Shown here: piece after piece, positions 41,061 through 50,612 of the stretch
How positions within the stretch are numbered: the first letter of the stretch is position 1
Layout: each line of letters begins with the position of its first letter
From: Verrucomicrobiota bacterium
GTDB lineage: Bacteria; Verrucomicrobiota; Verrucomicrobiia; Opitutales; Cerasicoccaceae
Reading direction: 5' to 3'
Length of the DNA stretch: 64,000 nt
Assembly: GCA_039818205.1 (NCBI GenBank)
Contig: JBCBUK010000011.1
Location: forward strand, 1 to 64,000
Notes under the pieces: model-generated
Database searches by the model: none
What the model saw: the letters and a program-made list of their open reading frames with translations, nothing else
What the model was told of the DNA's origin: nothing
Translations under genes and position numbers: made by a program

Positions 41061-42755
41061 ATGCCACGTCCACAATTATCCCTAGACCTGAATGCCGAGC
41101 TGATCGTTGATAACTTTGCAGGCGGCGGTGGTGCATCGACCGGTATTGAGATGGCCCTAGGGCGCTCGCCGGACATTGCTGCAAACCACGATAAGGACGC
41201 CGTTGCGATGCACCAGGCGAACCACCCCCAAACACGTCACTATTGCGAAAGCGTCTTTGATGTTGATCCGGCGCGAGTTACTCAGGGGCGGGGCGTTGGG
41301 CTGGCTTGGTTCTCGCCCGACTGTAAACACTTTTCCAAGGCTAAGGGGGGGAAGCCACGCGATAAAAATATACGCGGCTTAGCTTGGGTTGTTATCAATT
41401 GGGTAAACCGGTTGCGTGAAACCCAAGGGGCTGGCCCCCGAGTAATCATGCTAGAAAACGTCGAGGAATTTCAGGATTGGGGGCCAATCGATAAGTCAGG
41501 TAGTCCAATTGATATTTGCAAAGGTTGGTTCTTTCAATGCTTCAAGGGTGCCCTTGAGCGTCGCGGCTACGAAGTCGACTGGCGAGAGCTACGCGGATGT
41601 GACTACGGAGCGCCAACGATACGCAAGCGGTTATTCCTGATTGCTCGTTGCGATGGTGCCGCTATCGTTTGGCCGGAGCCGACACACGCGAGCCCCAAAG
41701 AACGGGCTAAGGGACTGAAGCCTTGGCGCAACGCTGCCGAGTGCATCGATTTTAGTTTGCCGTGCCCTTCGATCTTTGAGCGCAAGCGTCCGCTGGTCGA
41801 CGCTACTTGCCGGCGGATCGCCAAGGGTATCATGCGCTATGTGGTGAATGCCGCTGAGCCCTTTATTGTAAACACTGCCAACACCAAAACGACGGGTCGA
41901 GGTCCTAACAATTGGCCGATTAAGGAGCCTGTGAGAACGTTGACTAGCTCCCCGGGGTTCGCGCTCGTGTCTCCCATCCTAACCGAGCACGCCAACGGAA
42001 GCACGCAACGAAACTTTGATCCGCAGGCACCATTGCGGACCCAATGCGCCGAGGTAAAGGGGGGGCATTTCGCGCTTGTATCGGCTTTTCTAGCTAAGCA
42101 CTACACAGGAGTCACCGGAACCCCGGTCAATGAGGCTATCGGAACCATAACGGCGAAAGATCATCATTCCCTAGTCGCTACCCACTTAGTCCGACATTTT
42201 GGACAGAGCACAGGGCAAGATTGCGCGAAGCCCGCGCCAACCGTAACAGCAAACGGGCAGGGCAAGACCGGTCTAGTAACTTCGCACCTGATGAAATTGC
42301 GCGGGAATCCGGATACGCACCCAAGCGGGAAGGACTGCCGCGAGCCGATTGATACAATAAGCGCCCAGGGCAACCACTTTGCCGAGGTTCGTTCCTTCCT
42401 GATCAAGTATTATGGGACGGACCAGGATCCTAGAATGGATGACCCCTTGCATACGGTAACCACCAAGCACCGGTTTGGCCTCGTGACCGTGCACGGCGTT
42501 GAATACGCAATCGCAGATATCGGCCTGCGTATGCTGCAGCCGAAAGAACTTTTTGCCGCTCAAGGCTTCCCCGAAGATTACATCATCGATCGCGGACAAT
42601 ATGAACGCGAAGACGGGCAGGGGTGGGAGTGGCGTCGCTTAACCAAGACCGCGCAAGTGCGCATGTGTGGAAACAGTGTGTGCCCGCCGTTGGCTGCCGC
42701 CATCGTTCGCGCGAACTGCGCCGACATGAGTGCAGTTCAACGTGGCGCGGCCTAG
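41061..42755 (+). CDS. Phage C5-cytosine DNA methyltransferase
   Basis: DNFAGGGG, SPDCKHFS, LENV, R.RLF, LRML..EL..AQGFP, GNSV. Confidence 0.92.
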   Translation: MPRPQLSLDLNAELIVDNFAGGGGASTGIEMALGRSPDIAANHDKDAVAMHQANHPQTRHYCESVFDVDPARVTQGRGVGLAWFSPDCKHFSKAKGGKPRDKNIRGLAWVVINWVNRLRETQGAGPRVIMLENVEEFQDWGPIDKSGSPIDICKGWFFQCFKGALERRGYEVDWRELRGCDYGAPTIRKRLFLIARCDGAAIVWPEPTHASPKERAKGLKPWRNAAECIDFSLPCPSIFERKRPLVDATCRRIAKGIMRYVVNAAEPFIVNTANTKTTGRGPNNWPIKEPVRTLTSSPGFALVSPILTEHANGSTQRNFDPQAPLRTQCAEVKGGHFALVSAFLAKHYTGVTGTPVNEAIGTITAKDHHSLVATHLVRHFGQSTGQDCAKPAPTVTANGQGKTGLVTSHLMKLRGNPDTHPSGKDCREPIDTISAQGNHFAEVRSFLIKYYGTDQDPRMDDPLHTVTTKHRFGLVTVHGVEYAIADIGLRMLQPKELFAAQGFPEDYIIDRGQYEREDGQGWEWRRLTKTAQVRMCGNSVCPPLAAAIVRANCADMSAVQRGAA

Positions 42756-42775
42756 ATCAAAGGAGACCGGTTGAT

Positions 42776-43351
42776 ATGTTGGAAATAAATCTGAAACTTG
42801 AGGGGTTAGTAGCTCGTCAACTGATCGAAGCGGCAACTCATGCAGGCTTTCCGATTACTGACGATGGGCTGAAGCAAGTGGTGTCGAATGCTCTTGAAGA
42901 TGCGCAAAGCTATCGTGCTTTGAAATCCAAACTGGGGCAGCCTAAAAACCAAGCAGAGCGGTTAGCCCAACGTTGGCGCAATCCGCAAGCGCATCTCGAA
43001 AGCATCGAGAAGCTAGGCCAGGATTACTTCGACGTGACAACCAGCTATCTGCATAGTCGCAGACGGGACCATCAACGTGCTTGGGTGCGTCAGGTAATCA
43101 TGTGGGCGCAGCGAAATCATACCGATGCCAGCCTAGAGACGATAGGCGAGTATTGGAATAAAGATCATGGCACCGTGATACATGCGTGCCGATTGGTGGA
43201 AGATGTTCTCACATTGAAAGATGATCGGACTAATACGATCGGTGCGTTTGATATGCGTTGCGCGGAGTTCATAGATGAAGCTCAGAAGGTTTATAGCGAG
43301 CTTGTTAAAGCGATTCCTGCCATTGCTCAAGTAAAGGAGCCCGCTGCGTAG
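42776..43351 (+). CDS. Protein with DnaA C-terminal (domain IV-like) HTH
   Basis: RQVIMW..SLETIG..KDHGTVIHAC; AAGGAG RBS before ATG 42776. Confidence 0.75.
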   Translation: MLEINLKLEGLVARQLIEAATHAGFPITDDGLKQVVSNALEDAQSYRALKSKLGQPKNQAERLAQRWRNPQAHLESIEKLGQDYFDVTTSYLHSRRRDHQRAWVRQVIMWAQRNHTDASLETIGEYWNKDHGTVIHACRLVEDVLTLKDDRTNTIGAFDMRCAEFIDEAQKVYSELVKAIPAIAQVKEPAA

Positions 43352-44127
43352 TGGCTCAGAGGCGCGGCAGAATGATTGACCCGATGGAGACGCGACACCC
43401 AGATTTCGCGACACTTTCGGCGCGCGCGCAGCTGCTATGGTTTCATATAATTTTGAACGGCGACGACAACCAGGCAATGGATGCTGATCCGCAGCTGGTA
43501 CGCTCGACGTGTTTTCCCTACGGACAATCCCGCATCCGATTGACCGACATCACCCGCTGGCTTGAAGAGCTTCGAGCAGCCGGCTATGTCCGCTTATATC
43601 GATCCGCCGGAATGCAATATGTGAAAGCACTAAGGAATGCGCAAAAGCTGAAACACGGAAAGGTGGCATTGGTGCCCGAAGAACCCAGCGAGCCGAAGCA
43701 AATTTCGCTGGATGTGGGCAACGGACCGAGGGAGCCGGAAGACGATCCGCCGCCGAGCGAAGTTAAGAGAAGAGAAGGAAAGAGTAGTTGTTTGCGCACG
43801 CCCACGCGCGAGCAGGCGCGAGCTTGGTTTAACGAAAAGGGCTATGACCAAGCCGAGGCTGATAGCTACTACGACTACAACAACGAATTTTTTGGCTGGA
43901 AAGCCAAAGACTGGCGGTTCACCGCAAAGAAGTGGATCACCAGCCCCAAATGCCAAAAGCCACAGCAACGAGCGGAGCCGCAAGCGATCCCGACGGAGCC
44001 TGACGGATGGCAATGGGCCCTAGATGAACTTTACGCCCGCGACTGGGATGAAGGCTGGCAAGCCCTCGCTCAGAAACATCCGCAGATAGCTGCCGAACTA
44101 ATCGAAAAAATCAACAAAGGTAACTGA
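43351..44127 (+). CDS. Phage replication initiator/replisome organiser-like protein
   Basis: LSARAQLLW..DD winged-helix-like N-terminus, low-complexity linker, PTREQ..YY..GWK..DW C-domain; position. Confidence 0.65.
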   Translation: MAQRRGRMIDPMETRHPDFATLSARAQLLWFHIILNGDDNQAMDADPQLVRSTCFPYGQSRIRLTDITRWLEELRAAGYVRLYRSAGMQYVKALRNAQKLKHGKVALVPEEPSEPKQISLDVGNGPREPEDDPPPSEVKRREGKSSCLRTPTREQARAWFNEKGYDQAEADSYYDYNNEFFGWKAKDWRFTAKKWITSPKCQKPQQRAEPQAIPTEPDGWQWALDELYARDWDEGWQALAQKHPQIAAELIEKINKGN

Positions 44128-44129
44128 CG

Positions 44130-44528
44130 ATGACCACGCACGAGCTAGCTAAACTACTGGATCACGACGAAGCAGATATTCGCGGTATCAAATCGCTGAT
44201 GAACTCGCATGGTTTTGTTTGGCCGAACGGCGAAATTGAACTCGATCAGTTCATGCGGTTCGTTGCAAACCGGGGCGTCGGTTTCAAGATCTATGGGGCG
44301 CGTAGATACACCGCTGAAATCTACGAGAACGAAATACCACTGACGACTAAAGAGCTGGCCGCAGAGCTGGAGCTAAGTGAGCGTTGGATCCAGGCACTAC
44401 GTCGAGCAATGATCGCCACAGGGACACCGTGGCCGCGGAAGCGTTTGCCGCTCGCGATTGTGAAAAACTGGCTGGAAGAGCGCCGGGGAATCACGATGCG
44501 AGAAATGGAAGAACTGGCAAAGGACTGA
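44130..44528 (+). CDS. Hypothetical protein with two HTH-like repeats (possible late regulator)
   Basis: MTTHELAKLL and LTTKELAAELELSERWI; last early-strand gene. Confidence 0.55.
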   Translation: MTTHELAKLLDHDEADIRGIKSLMNSHGFVWPNGEIELDQFMRFVANRGVGFKIYGARRYTAEIYENEIPLTTKELAAELELSERWIQALRRAMIATGTPWPRKRLPLAIVKNWLEERRGITMREMEELAKD

Positions 44529-44774
44529 CTACTTTTTTTCGCGGAGCTTTTGAACTGCTCGAAGCTCTTCAAGCACGGCGTCTTCGCCATGTTTCTTTAG
44601 GATGGCTTCGGCAGCAGGATCGAGAATGCTTTCGAGCCACGGGGTAAGCTTCTGGCCTTCGAGATATGAAGCAAGAACGTAAGCGCCCTTTCGGGCACGA
44701 TACGTTCGGAAGTCGCATTTAGCGTCACGAGTTACCGGCTGGGCGGCGTTCTGATTTTTTTTGGGTGCTGGCAT
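44529..44774 (-). CDS. Small RHH-like protein
   Basis: MPAPKKNQNA..DFR..K.AYVLA...G.KLTPWL..LD.AA. Confidence 0.55.
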   Translation of the reverse strand: MPAPKKNQNAAQPVTRDAKCDFRTYRARKGAYVLASYLEGQKLTPWLESILDPAAEAILKKHGEDAVLEELRAVQKLREKK

Positions 44775-45378
44775 AATGTTGTTGTAGTTCGTAATCGGCT
44801 CGAAGGATGCGGAGAATCTGGCGGAGAGCATGTTCACTCACATCTCGTGCTGTAAAATTGTAGCCGCCAGTGCATGATTGAAAGGTAGGGCCTGTTTCAT
44901 AGTGCGTTATTAGGATGTTGCGAACATGAAGTTCATTTCGCCAGGAATCCCGGGGGCCTACCTCGCTAAGTGAGACGCCTAGCTCGTTGAGCAAGCTTTC
45001 TGTTTCGGCTCGTTCAAGTTGTTGCTTTGCTTCGAATTGGTGATTCTGTCGCCGCGCTTCAAAGTATGTTTTCTTTCCTGGCGTTATTACTCTCCGGATC
45101 AGATCTTTAGAAGCCTGATGGATGTTGCGACCGATCGAGACTGCAGCGGAAACCGTTTTGTGTTGGTTGTGTCGCCATTTGCGGGGAAGCGATAGGCTCA
45201 CGCGTAGTTTGTCTTTTTCGCCCCATCGACTCCCGGCGGAGAATTGGATTCCATCAACTATGAAATTCCAATAGCAAGCTTGTTCGGGGTTGGTTTGGCC
45301 GGGATCGAGTGTGACTTGGCCGCCCATTTGGGCGACCACCTGACACATATATTTGTAGATTTCTTCGTTTTTCATCAT
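44725..45378 (-). CDS. Hypothetical protein in the reverse cassette
   Basis: 217 aa, ATGA overlap with the ArdC-like gene. Confidence 0.6.
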   Translation of the reverse strand: MMKNEEIYKYMCQVVAQMGGQVTLDPGQTNPEQACYWNFIVDGIQFSAGSRWGEKDKLRVSLSLPRKWRHNQHKTVSAAVSIGRNIHQASKDLIRRVITPGKKTYFEARRQNHQFEAKQQLERAETESLLNELGVSLSEVGPRDSWRNELHVRNILITHYETGPTFQSCTGGYNFTARDVSEHALRQILRILRADYELQQHYASTQKKSERRPAGNS

Positions 45379-45923
45379 GCAGCCTGTTCGTGATCGTTTG
45401 ACTCTTGAGGAGCTGGAAGGGCGAGCGGCAGCGGCTTTAGTAGTTCGCGCACTTTCGCGTGTAAGTGGCTCTTTGGATAGTTGCCTGATTCGTCTTGCAC
45501 CTGGCCGGCGTGAAAAATGTAGGCGATGCTAAACCGCATTGATTTCTGTTCCTCTTCGGAAACTTCGCCAGTTTGCACATTCTTAACTTCGACGGTTTCC
45601 TTGAACTCTTTGGGGCGAGACCAAATCATGAATCCTTTCTCGCCTTTTTTGACGCTGAATCCTTTTTCTTTCCAACCCCTGAATGATGACCATTCGTTTT
45701 CCCCGGTTTGGCGCGAGTAGTCGACTTGCAAGCAGTCGTTTAGTGTTTCACAGCCAGCATACCGCGGGAACGGTAATTCTTTGCCATTTAACAGGGCTGA
45801 GAGATTGGCTCCAATGATGTTGCGGAAAGGCGCTGTCTTCCGGCAGAGCTCTGCGCGTTTTGCTTTCGCCTTTGCTTTAGCCTCTTCTGACCTAGCGGTA
45901 GAACGTTTAGCTTTCTTAGCCAT
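45375..45923 (-). CDS. ArdC-like N-terminal ssDNA-binding domain protein
   Basis: WSSFRGWKEKGFSVKKGEKG..I..F...YIFH..QV; no C-terminal metalloprotease domain. Confidence 0.8.
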   Translation of the reverse strand: MAKKAKRSTARSEEAKAKAKAKRAELCRKTAPFRNIIGANLSALLNGKELPFPRYAGCETLNDCLQVDYSRQTGENEWSSFRGWKEKGFSVKKGEKGFMIWSRPKEFKETVEVKNVQTGEVSEEEQKSMRFSIAYIFHAGQVQDESGNYPKSHLHAKVRELLKPLPLALPAPQESNDHEQAA

Positions 45924-45993
45924 TTTGATTTACTTTCTATTTTGAAAAGCCGGGATCCGCCCGGGCGGTCTACTCTTGCTGAGTATGGCATCA

Positions 45994-46022
45994 ACTAAAG
46001 CACACCATTATTGAATTGTCAA
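45994..46022 (-). promoter_or_regulatory. Sigma70 promoter for the ArdC-like cassette
   Basis: Minus strand TTGACA-17 bp-TTTAGT with TGn extension. Confidence 0.6.
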
Positions 46023-46128
46023 GACAAAACTATGAAGTTTTTTAAGATAATTTAGTACTATTTAAAACATGATAAATCTGTTCCGAATTGTTCCGCTTTA
46101 AGGTCTTGGTGAACGGCGAGAAAGTGCT

Positions 46129-46137
46129 TGATATAAT
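46129..46137 (+). promoter_or_regulatory. Extended -10 promoter directly before terS (near-leaderless)
   Basis: TGaTATAAT ending 5 bp before ATG 46143. Confidence 0.5.
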
Positions 46138-46142
46138 GGGTA

Positions 46143-46841
46143 ATGATCACGCCCGAGCAGGCAGAGAGCACGCAACCGGACCAATTGAGCTTGGCGGGGA
46201 TTTGCGCGGCGGCAGAGGCAAAGAACCTTAGTGAGTTACCCGTTGGGGCGGGCAGCTTGCAGCCAAAACAGCTAAAGTTTGTGATCAATTTGCTGCGTCA
46301 TGGAAACCAGGCGCAAGCATACATTGAGGCGGGCTACAACGTATCTCCTGACGTTGCGCGCGTGAAGGCCTCGCAGTTGGTAGCAAAAGGTAACGTTCAA
46401 CGCTTCTACCATCACTGTATCGAGAAGCTTGCCGCCAATGGGAATGAAACGGTGCGCCGAGTTATGGAGCGGGCAACGATTCTGCATGCAAAGGCGCTTC
46501 GTTGCGCGCAGCTGGTCGAAGCCGAAGAAGATGAACTGGTGACTTTGCGGAAGCAGCGAAAGACCAGCAACACGACCAAGGGAACTTTCTCGGAAGAGAT
46601 TCACGAACGGGAGACAAGGCGCGATCGAGCGGCAAAGCTAGAGCGGCATTATTTTGGCTTAGCAAATCGCGAAGATACCTTGCTGGCTTCGCTTCTGGGC
46701 AAGCTGAAGCTTAACGTTGCAGGAACCGTAACGCTTGAGCACGTCCTGAAGAGTGACGCGCCAGTGAATAGCGATGTCATGAGCGAGCTTGCCCAATCGC
46801 GCCGCGCCGATGTGAACCGCTTGATTGGGGGAAGCAACTAG
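46143..46841 (+). CDS. terS: Terminase small subunit
   Basis: KQLKF...GNQAQAYIEAGY...ASQL; precedes terL. Confidence 0.8.
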   Translation: MITPEQAESTQPDQLSLAGICAAAEAKNLSELPVGAGSLQPKQLKFVINLLRHGNQAQAYIEAGYNVSPDVARVKASQLVAKGNVQRFYHHCIEKLAANGNETVRRVMERATILHAKALRCAQLVEAEEDELVTLRKQRKTSNTTKGTFSEEIHERETRRDRAAKLERHYFGLANREDTLLASLLGKLKLNVAGTVTLEHVLKSDAPVNSDVMSELAQSRRADVNRLIGGSN

Positions 46842-48304
46842 TGACGGAGGAGGAAAAGCAATATCTCGCCAGTCTTCCAGGCTTCGCCCGGGAGGTTTTG
46901 CGCTTTGGCGATGACATCTACCCAAGGATGGCCGAGATCTTCGCGCGTATTGACGCGAATTTCTTAGAGGCTGAACCGGAAGCGCGGCGAGTGAACGTAA
47001 AGACGTGTAACGGAGCCGGAAAAACAACGCGCATGTTTCCGGGGGTTGCGTTCTGGATCATGTCGGTTTTTCCCCGCGCAAAAGTGATCTACACAACGGC
47101 ATCGGGCACGCAGCTGTCGACTCAGTTCTGGCCCGCTTTGACGAAGTTTGAAAGCCGCTTTGAGGGGTGGGAATTTTTGCGTGGAAGCTATGAAGTGAAA
47201 GCGCCGAATGGCTCGCGGCTAAAGGGTTTTGTGACCAATGAAGCAGGCCGCGCGGAAGGACATCACGGAAACAAAGACTTGCTCTATGAGCTGAGCAATC
47301 CGAATGAAGACGGCCCGCTCGTGATCCTGATTGACGAGGCTAAGACGGTGCCGGACTTCATCTATGATGCGTTTGACCGGTGCACCTATCAGTTACAGCT
47401 TTCTGAGAGTTCCCCTGGTTATGCTGAAGGCCGCTTTTATGAATACTTTTCTACCAAGTCAAAGGGGTGTCACATTTTTACGGTTAGCGGGGATCCAGAC
47501 AAGCCAGATGCCCCGCACTTAGACCACGTTAAGAACCGGCGCTTGATTGAGGAACTGGGCCCGGATCATCCGCTTGTGCGCTCGAAGGTGTTCGCGGAAT
47601 TCATGGACAGCCCAGAAGGCACGATCATTTCGCTGGGTAGCTTTGAACGTTGCGTACGCAATCCGCCAAGAGAACAAGTTGGAGACCGGCGCGCGTTCTG
47701 TGACTTTGCCGCCGGTGGTGACGAAAACGTTATTGCCGAGCGCACGGGAAATCGGGTTCAGATCCTCAAAGCCTGGCATGAGTCCGACACGATGCGCGCC
47801 GTCTCGCAGTTCATCGTTGAGTTTAAGAAAGCCCGCCTGAGTCCGTCCGAAATATTTGGAGACAACGATGGCTTAGGCAAAGTCATGATCGATGCCTTGC
47901 ACGATGCTGGCTGGCCGATTGGCCGCGTAAGCAATGGCAGCGCAGCCAATGAAAGCGATTTCTACGTAAACCGCGCGGCAGAAACCTGGGCACTTGGAGC
48001 CAAGGCGATCGAGAAGCAAGAAATCATCCTGCCTGAAGACGAGAAGCTACAATACCAGCTAACCAATCGAAAGCTAAAGGCTAGCAACGCGCAGAAAGGC
48101 CGCCTGCAGCTGGAGAGCAAGCAAGACATGAAAAAGCGCGGCGTGGGCAGCCCAGACCGCGCAGACGCAGTGCTAGAGGCAATGCGCTTCTCTCCGCGTA
48201 GTATCAACGCCGTTAGTTCAAAATTTGTGATTCAACCAGGCATCTACACAGACCGCGAGGTCGACGAAAGCGTGTTGGCCGGCATTAACGCAGGGGGCTA
48301 CTAA
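46841..48304 (+). CDS. terL: Terminase large subunit
   Basis: Walker A NGAGKT, Walker B LIDEA, nuclease DFAAGGDE, SPDRADA. Confidence 0.92.
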   Translation: MTEEEKQYLASLPGFAREVLRFGDDIYPRMAEIFARIDANFLEAEPEARRVNVKTCNGAGKTTRMFPGVAFWIMSVFPRAKVIYTTASGTQLSTQFWPALTKFESRFEGWEFLRGSYEVKAPNGSRLKGFVTNEAGRAEGHHGNKDLLYELSNPNEDGPLVILIDEAKTVPDFIYDAFDRCTYQLQLSESSPGYAEGRFYEYFSTKSKGCHIFTVSGDPDKPDAPHLDHVKNRRLIEELGPDHPLVRSKVFAEFMDSPEGTIISLGSFERCVRNPPREQVGDRRAFCDFAAGGDENVIAERTGNRVQILKAWHESDTMRAVSQFIVEFKKARLSPSEIFGDNDGLGKVMIDALHDAGWPIGRVSNGSAANESDFYVNRAAETWALGAKAIEKQEIILPEDEKLQYQLTNRKLKASNAQKGRLQLESKQDMKKRGVGSPDRADAVLEAMRFSPRSINAVSSKFVIQPGIYTDREVDESVLAGINAGGY

Positions 48305-50200
48305 GTGAGTCAGAGCAAAATACATGATTTAGTTTTAGACGACCTGAGCGACCGGGAAAGCTGGGAGCAAAAGCAGCGTATTTGGTATCAGATGCGGCAC
48401 AACGGTTTGCGCCGTAAGAACAAACCTTATCCACACGCTGCCGATTTGCACTTTCCGCTTATTGACGGCCAGATACGGCAGTTCAAGCCCTTCTACATCA
48501 ATCAAGTTTGGTCCGGGGAATTGCTCGCGAACTTTACCCACCTTCGCGGGGACCGTCAGCTAGCGAACCTTTCCGCTCAGCGGCTGCATTGGGAAATCAA
48601 GAACCGGACGAACTTTTCGCATGAGATACACTACCTGGTTGATGCGATGCTTTTGCGGGGGCGGGGAATTTTCAAGACCGTTTGGGATCCATTCAAGCAG
48701 CGGATCGAATACGTAAGCGTTGAACCGCTCAACTTGATTGTTCCGAAAACGGCAAACGAGATCGAAGATGCGGACCGCTTTACGCACGTGCGCATTGAAA
48801 CGGTGGAGAGCTTCCGCCGTGATCGCCGCTATAATCAAGACGCCAAGAGCGACGAGGTCATTACGCTTTTGACCGGTCGCCCGAACGATCACGACGGGGG
48901 CGATATGGAGACCGCTAAAGCCGTTCGTGAAGGCCTAACCTTTACCCATCACAAAGACGAAATTGTCGTTTGGGAAGTCTACGAAAAGACCCCGGGCGGA
49001 TGGACGATTTACACTTACTGCCCAACGAATCCGGATATCCGAATTCGGCAAAGCATGGGCGTCGTTTACAAATGGGGCAATGAGACGCTTTGCCCATTCG
49101 TATCGTTCCCGTTTGAGCGCAAGGACAAGGGCTGGTATTCGCCTCGCGGCCTCGCTGAACTACAGGCAGCAAACGAAACCTACCTAAGCAAGCTCTGGAA
49201 CACAAAGTGTGATTCCCTCGATTTCACGAGCAAACCGCTTTTCCGGGGTAAAGGGGGGATGGATGGAAACGCCAAAATCACTTTTAACCCGGGCGAGATC
49301 TTCCCCGAAGGTATCGAGCCGGTCCAGTTTCCAAAGCCCGCGATGTCGATTGACCAGGAGATGATGCAAACCCGCATGATTGCCGAGCAGCTGGTTGCCG
49401 CCCCTGATCTAAACGGCGGAAGCCGTGAACAGTCCGGAGACACTAAGAAAACCGCGCGTGAGGTCGAAGCGCGCATGGCCTTGATGAACCAGGGTATTTC
49501 GATGAATGGCCGCTTGTTCCGCGAGGATCTTGCCAAGGTTTACAAGTTGACATGGGCAATCATGCTCCAGTTTCAAGACAAGATAGGCCGTGATTTTGTG
49601 GTTGATGGCGAGGTGCAAGCACTGCCAGACAAAGCCTTGAGCCATGATTACGAGATTGCACCGGAAGGAAGCCCTGACGATTGGCATCCGCAAATGCGTC
49701 TACAGCGCGGCCAGCAACGTCTTGCGTTGTGGAAGGGGCACCCGAACATCAACCAAGCCGAGCTCGCAAAGACAACGCTCGAAGACGATGACCCAGCATT
49801 AGTTAAGCGTCTCCATGTGGACGATGCACAGCGCAGCGCCACGCAGGCCGAAGAACAGGCCAGCGAAATTGTTATCATGAAAGAAGGGTTCCCGGCTGCG
49901 GTAACGGAGAATGACGATCATCAGATTCATGCGACCACGCTAATTCAATACCTCGAGAAAGAGGACATGGCAGGGGCGCCAGTTGATCCGCGGGCGCAAG
50001 AGGTCATGCAGCAACACCTTGCCTTACACCTTCAATACTTGGGCAAACAAAACCCTCAAGCAGCCAGAGAGGTGCAAGGCCAACTGCAGCAGATGGTTCA
50101 GCAATCGGCCCAACGTGAACAGATGGCCGCGGCAAACCCACAACAGCCCGTTAACCAGCCGCCAAGCATCGACGGCATGCAAGAAAGGATAATCGCATGA
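48305..50200 (+). CDS. Portal protein (podovirus type)
   Basis: 631 aa after terL; G.GIFK.VWD, KTAREV, Gln-rich tail. Confidence 0.85.
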   Translation: MSQSKIHDLVLDDLSDRESWEQKQRIWYQMRHNGLRRKNKPYPHAADLHFPLIDGQIRQFKPFYINQVWSGELLANFTHLRGDRQLANLSAQRLHWEIKNRTNFSHEIHYLVDAMLLRGRGIFKTVWDPFKQRIEYVSVEPLNLIVPKTANEIEDADRFTHVRIETVESFRRDRRYNQDAKSDEVITLLTGRPNDHDGGDMETAKAVREGLTFTHHKDEIVVWEVYEKTPGGWTIYTYCPTNPDIRIRQSMGVVYKWGNETLCPFVSFPFERKDKGWYSPRGLAELQAANETYLSKLWNTKCDSLDFTSKPLFRGKGGMDGNAKITFNPGEIFPEGIEPVQFPKPAMSIDQEMMQTRMIAEQLVAAPDLNGGSREQSGDTKKTAREVEARMALMNQGISMNGRLFREDLAKVYKLTWAIMLQFQDKIGRDFVVDGEVQALPDKALSHDYEIAPEGSPDDWHPQMRLQRGQQRLALWKGHPNINQAELAKTTLEDDDPALVKRLHVDDAQRSATQAEEQASEIVIMKEGFPAAVTENDDHQIHATTLIQYLEKEDMAGAPVDPRAQEVMQQHLALHLQYLGKQNPQAAREVQGQLQQMVQQSAQREQMAAANPQQPVNQPPSIDGMQERIIA

Positions 50201-50601
50201 CCCTAAAGGCTTTGATTCTTCGCTTCCTAATGAGCGAAAGCGAGTATGCCGTTTGGCTTGAGCTGAACCGGCTGACACCGCACGCGCGCCGAGATTACGA
50301 GATGCCTTGGAGCGATGACGATGCGGCAAAGTGGAAAACGCTGATTGCTAGCCCGTGGGGTCAAAGGATGCAGGCATGTATGCGGATAGCCGAGCATGAG
50401 GCGAACCGAGAGGCGACCACCAAGACGGGGCGCTTTCCCGACAATGCGCTATGGTATGCCGGAGCCGCCGCCGGAAAGCGCGGCGCATTCGCCTGGCTAA
50501 CAGAAATACTTTCGGCACCGGTGAGCCGTGAAGAACCGGAAGAACCCGCGCAGGAATCCGCTGAGGACGTGGCGACCCTGCACGAACGATATCGTCCATA
50601 A
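50197..50601 (+). CDS. Small protein between portal and scaffold (Bbp19-like position)
   Basis: SPWGQR..GKR; context. Confidence 0.5.
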   Translation: MTLKALILRFLMSESEYAVWLELNRLTPHARRDYEMPWSDDDAAKWKTLIASPWGQRMQACMRIAEHEANREATTKTGRFPDNALWYAGAAAGKRGAFAWLTEILSAPVSREEPEEPAQESAEDVATLHERYRP

Positions 50602-50612
50602 AGACTCAGACT

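Noticed and set aside
43760..43790. AAGAG-rich stretch as replication-origin iterons
   Set aside because: Short and explained by the coding sequence (KRREGK); no clear iteron array.
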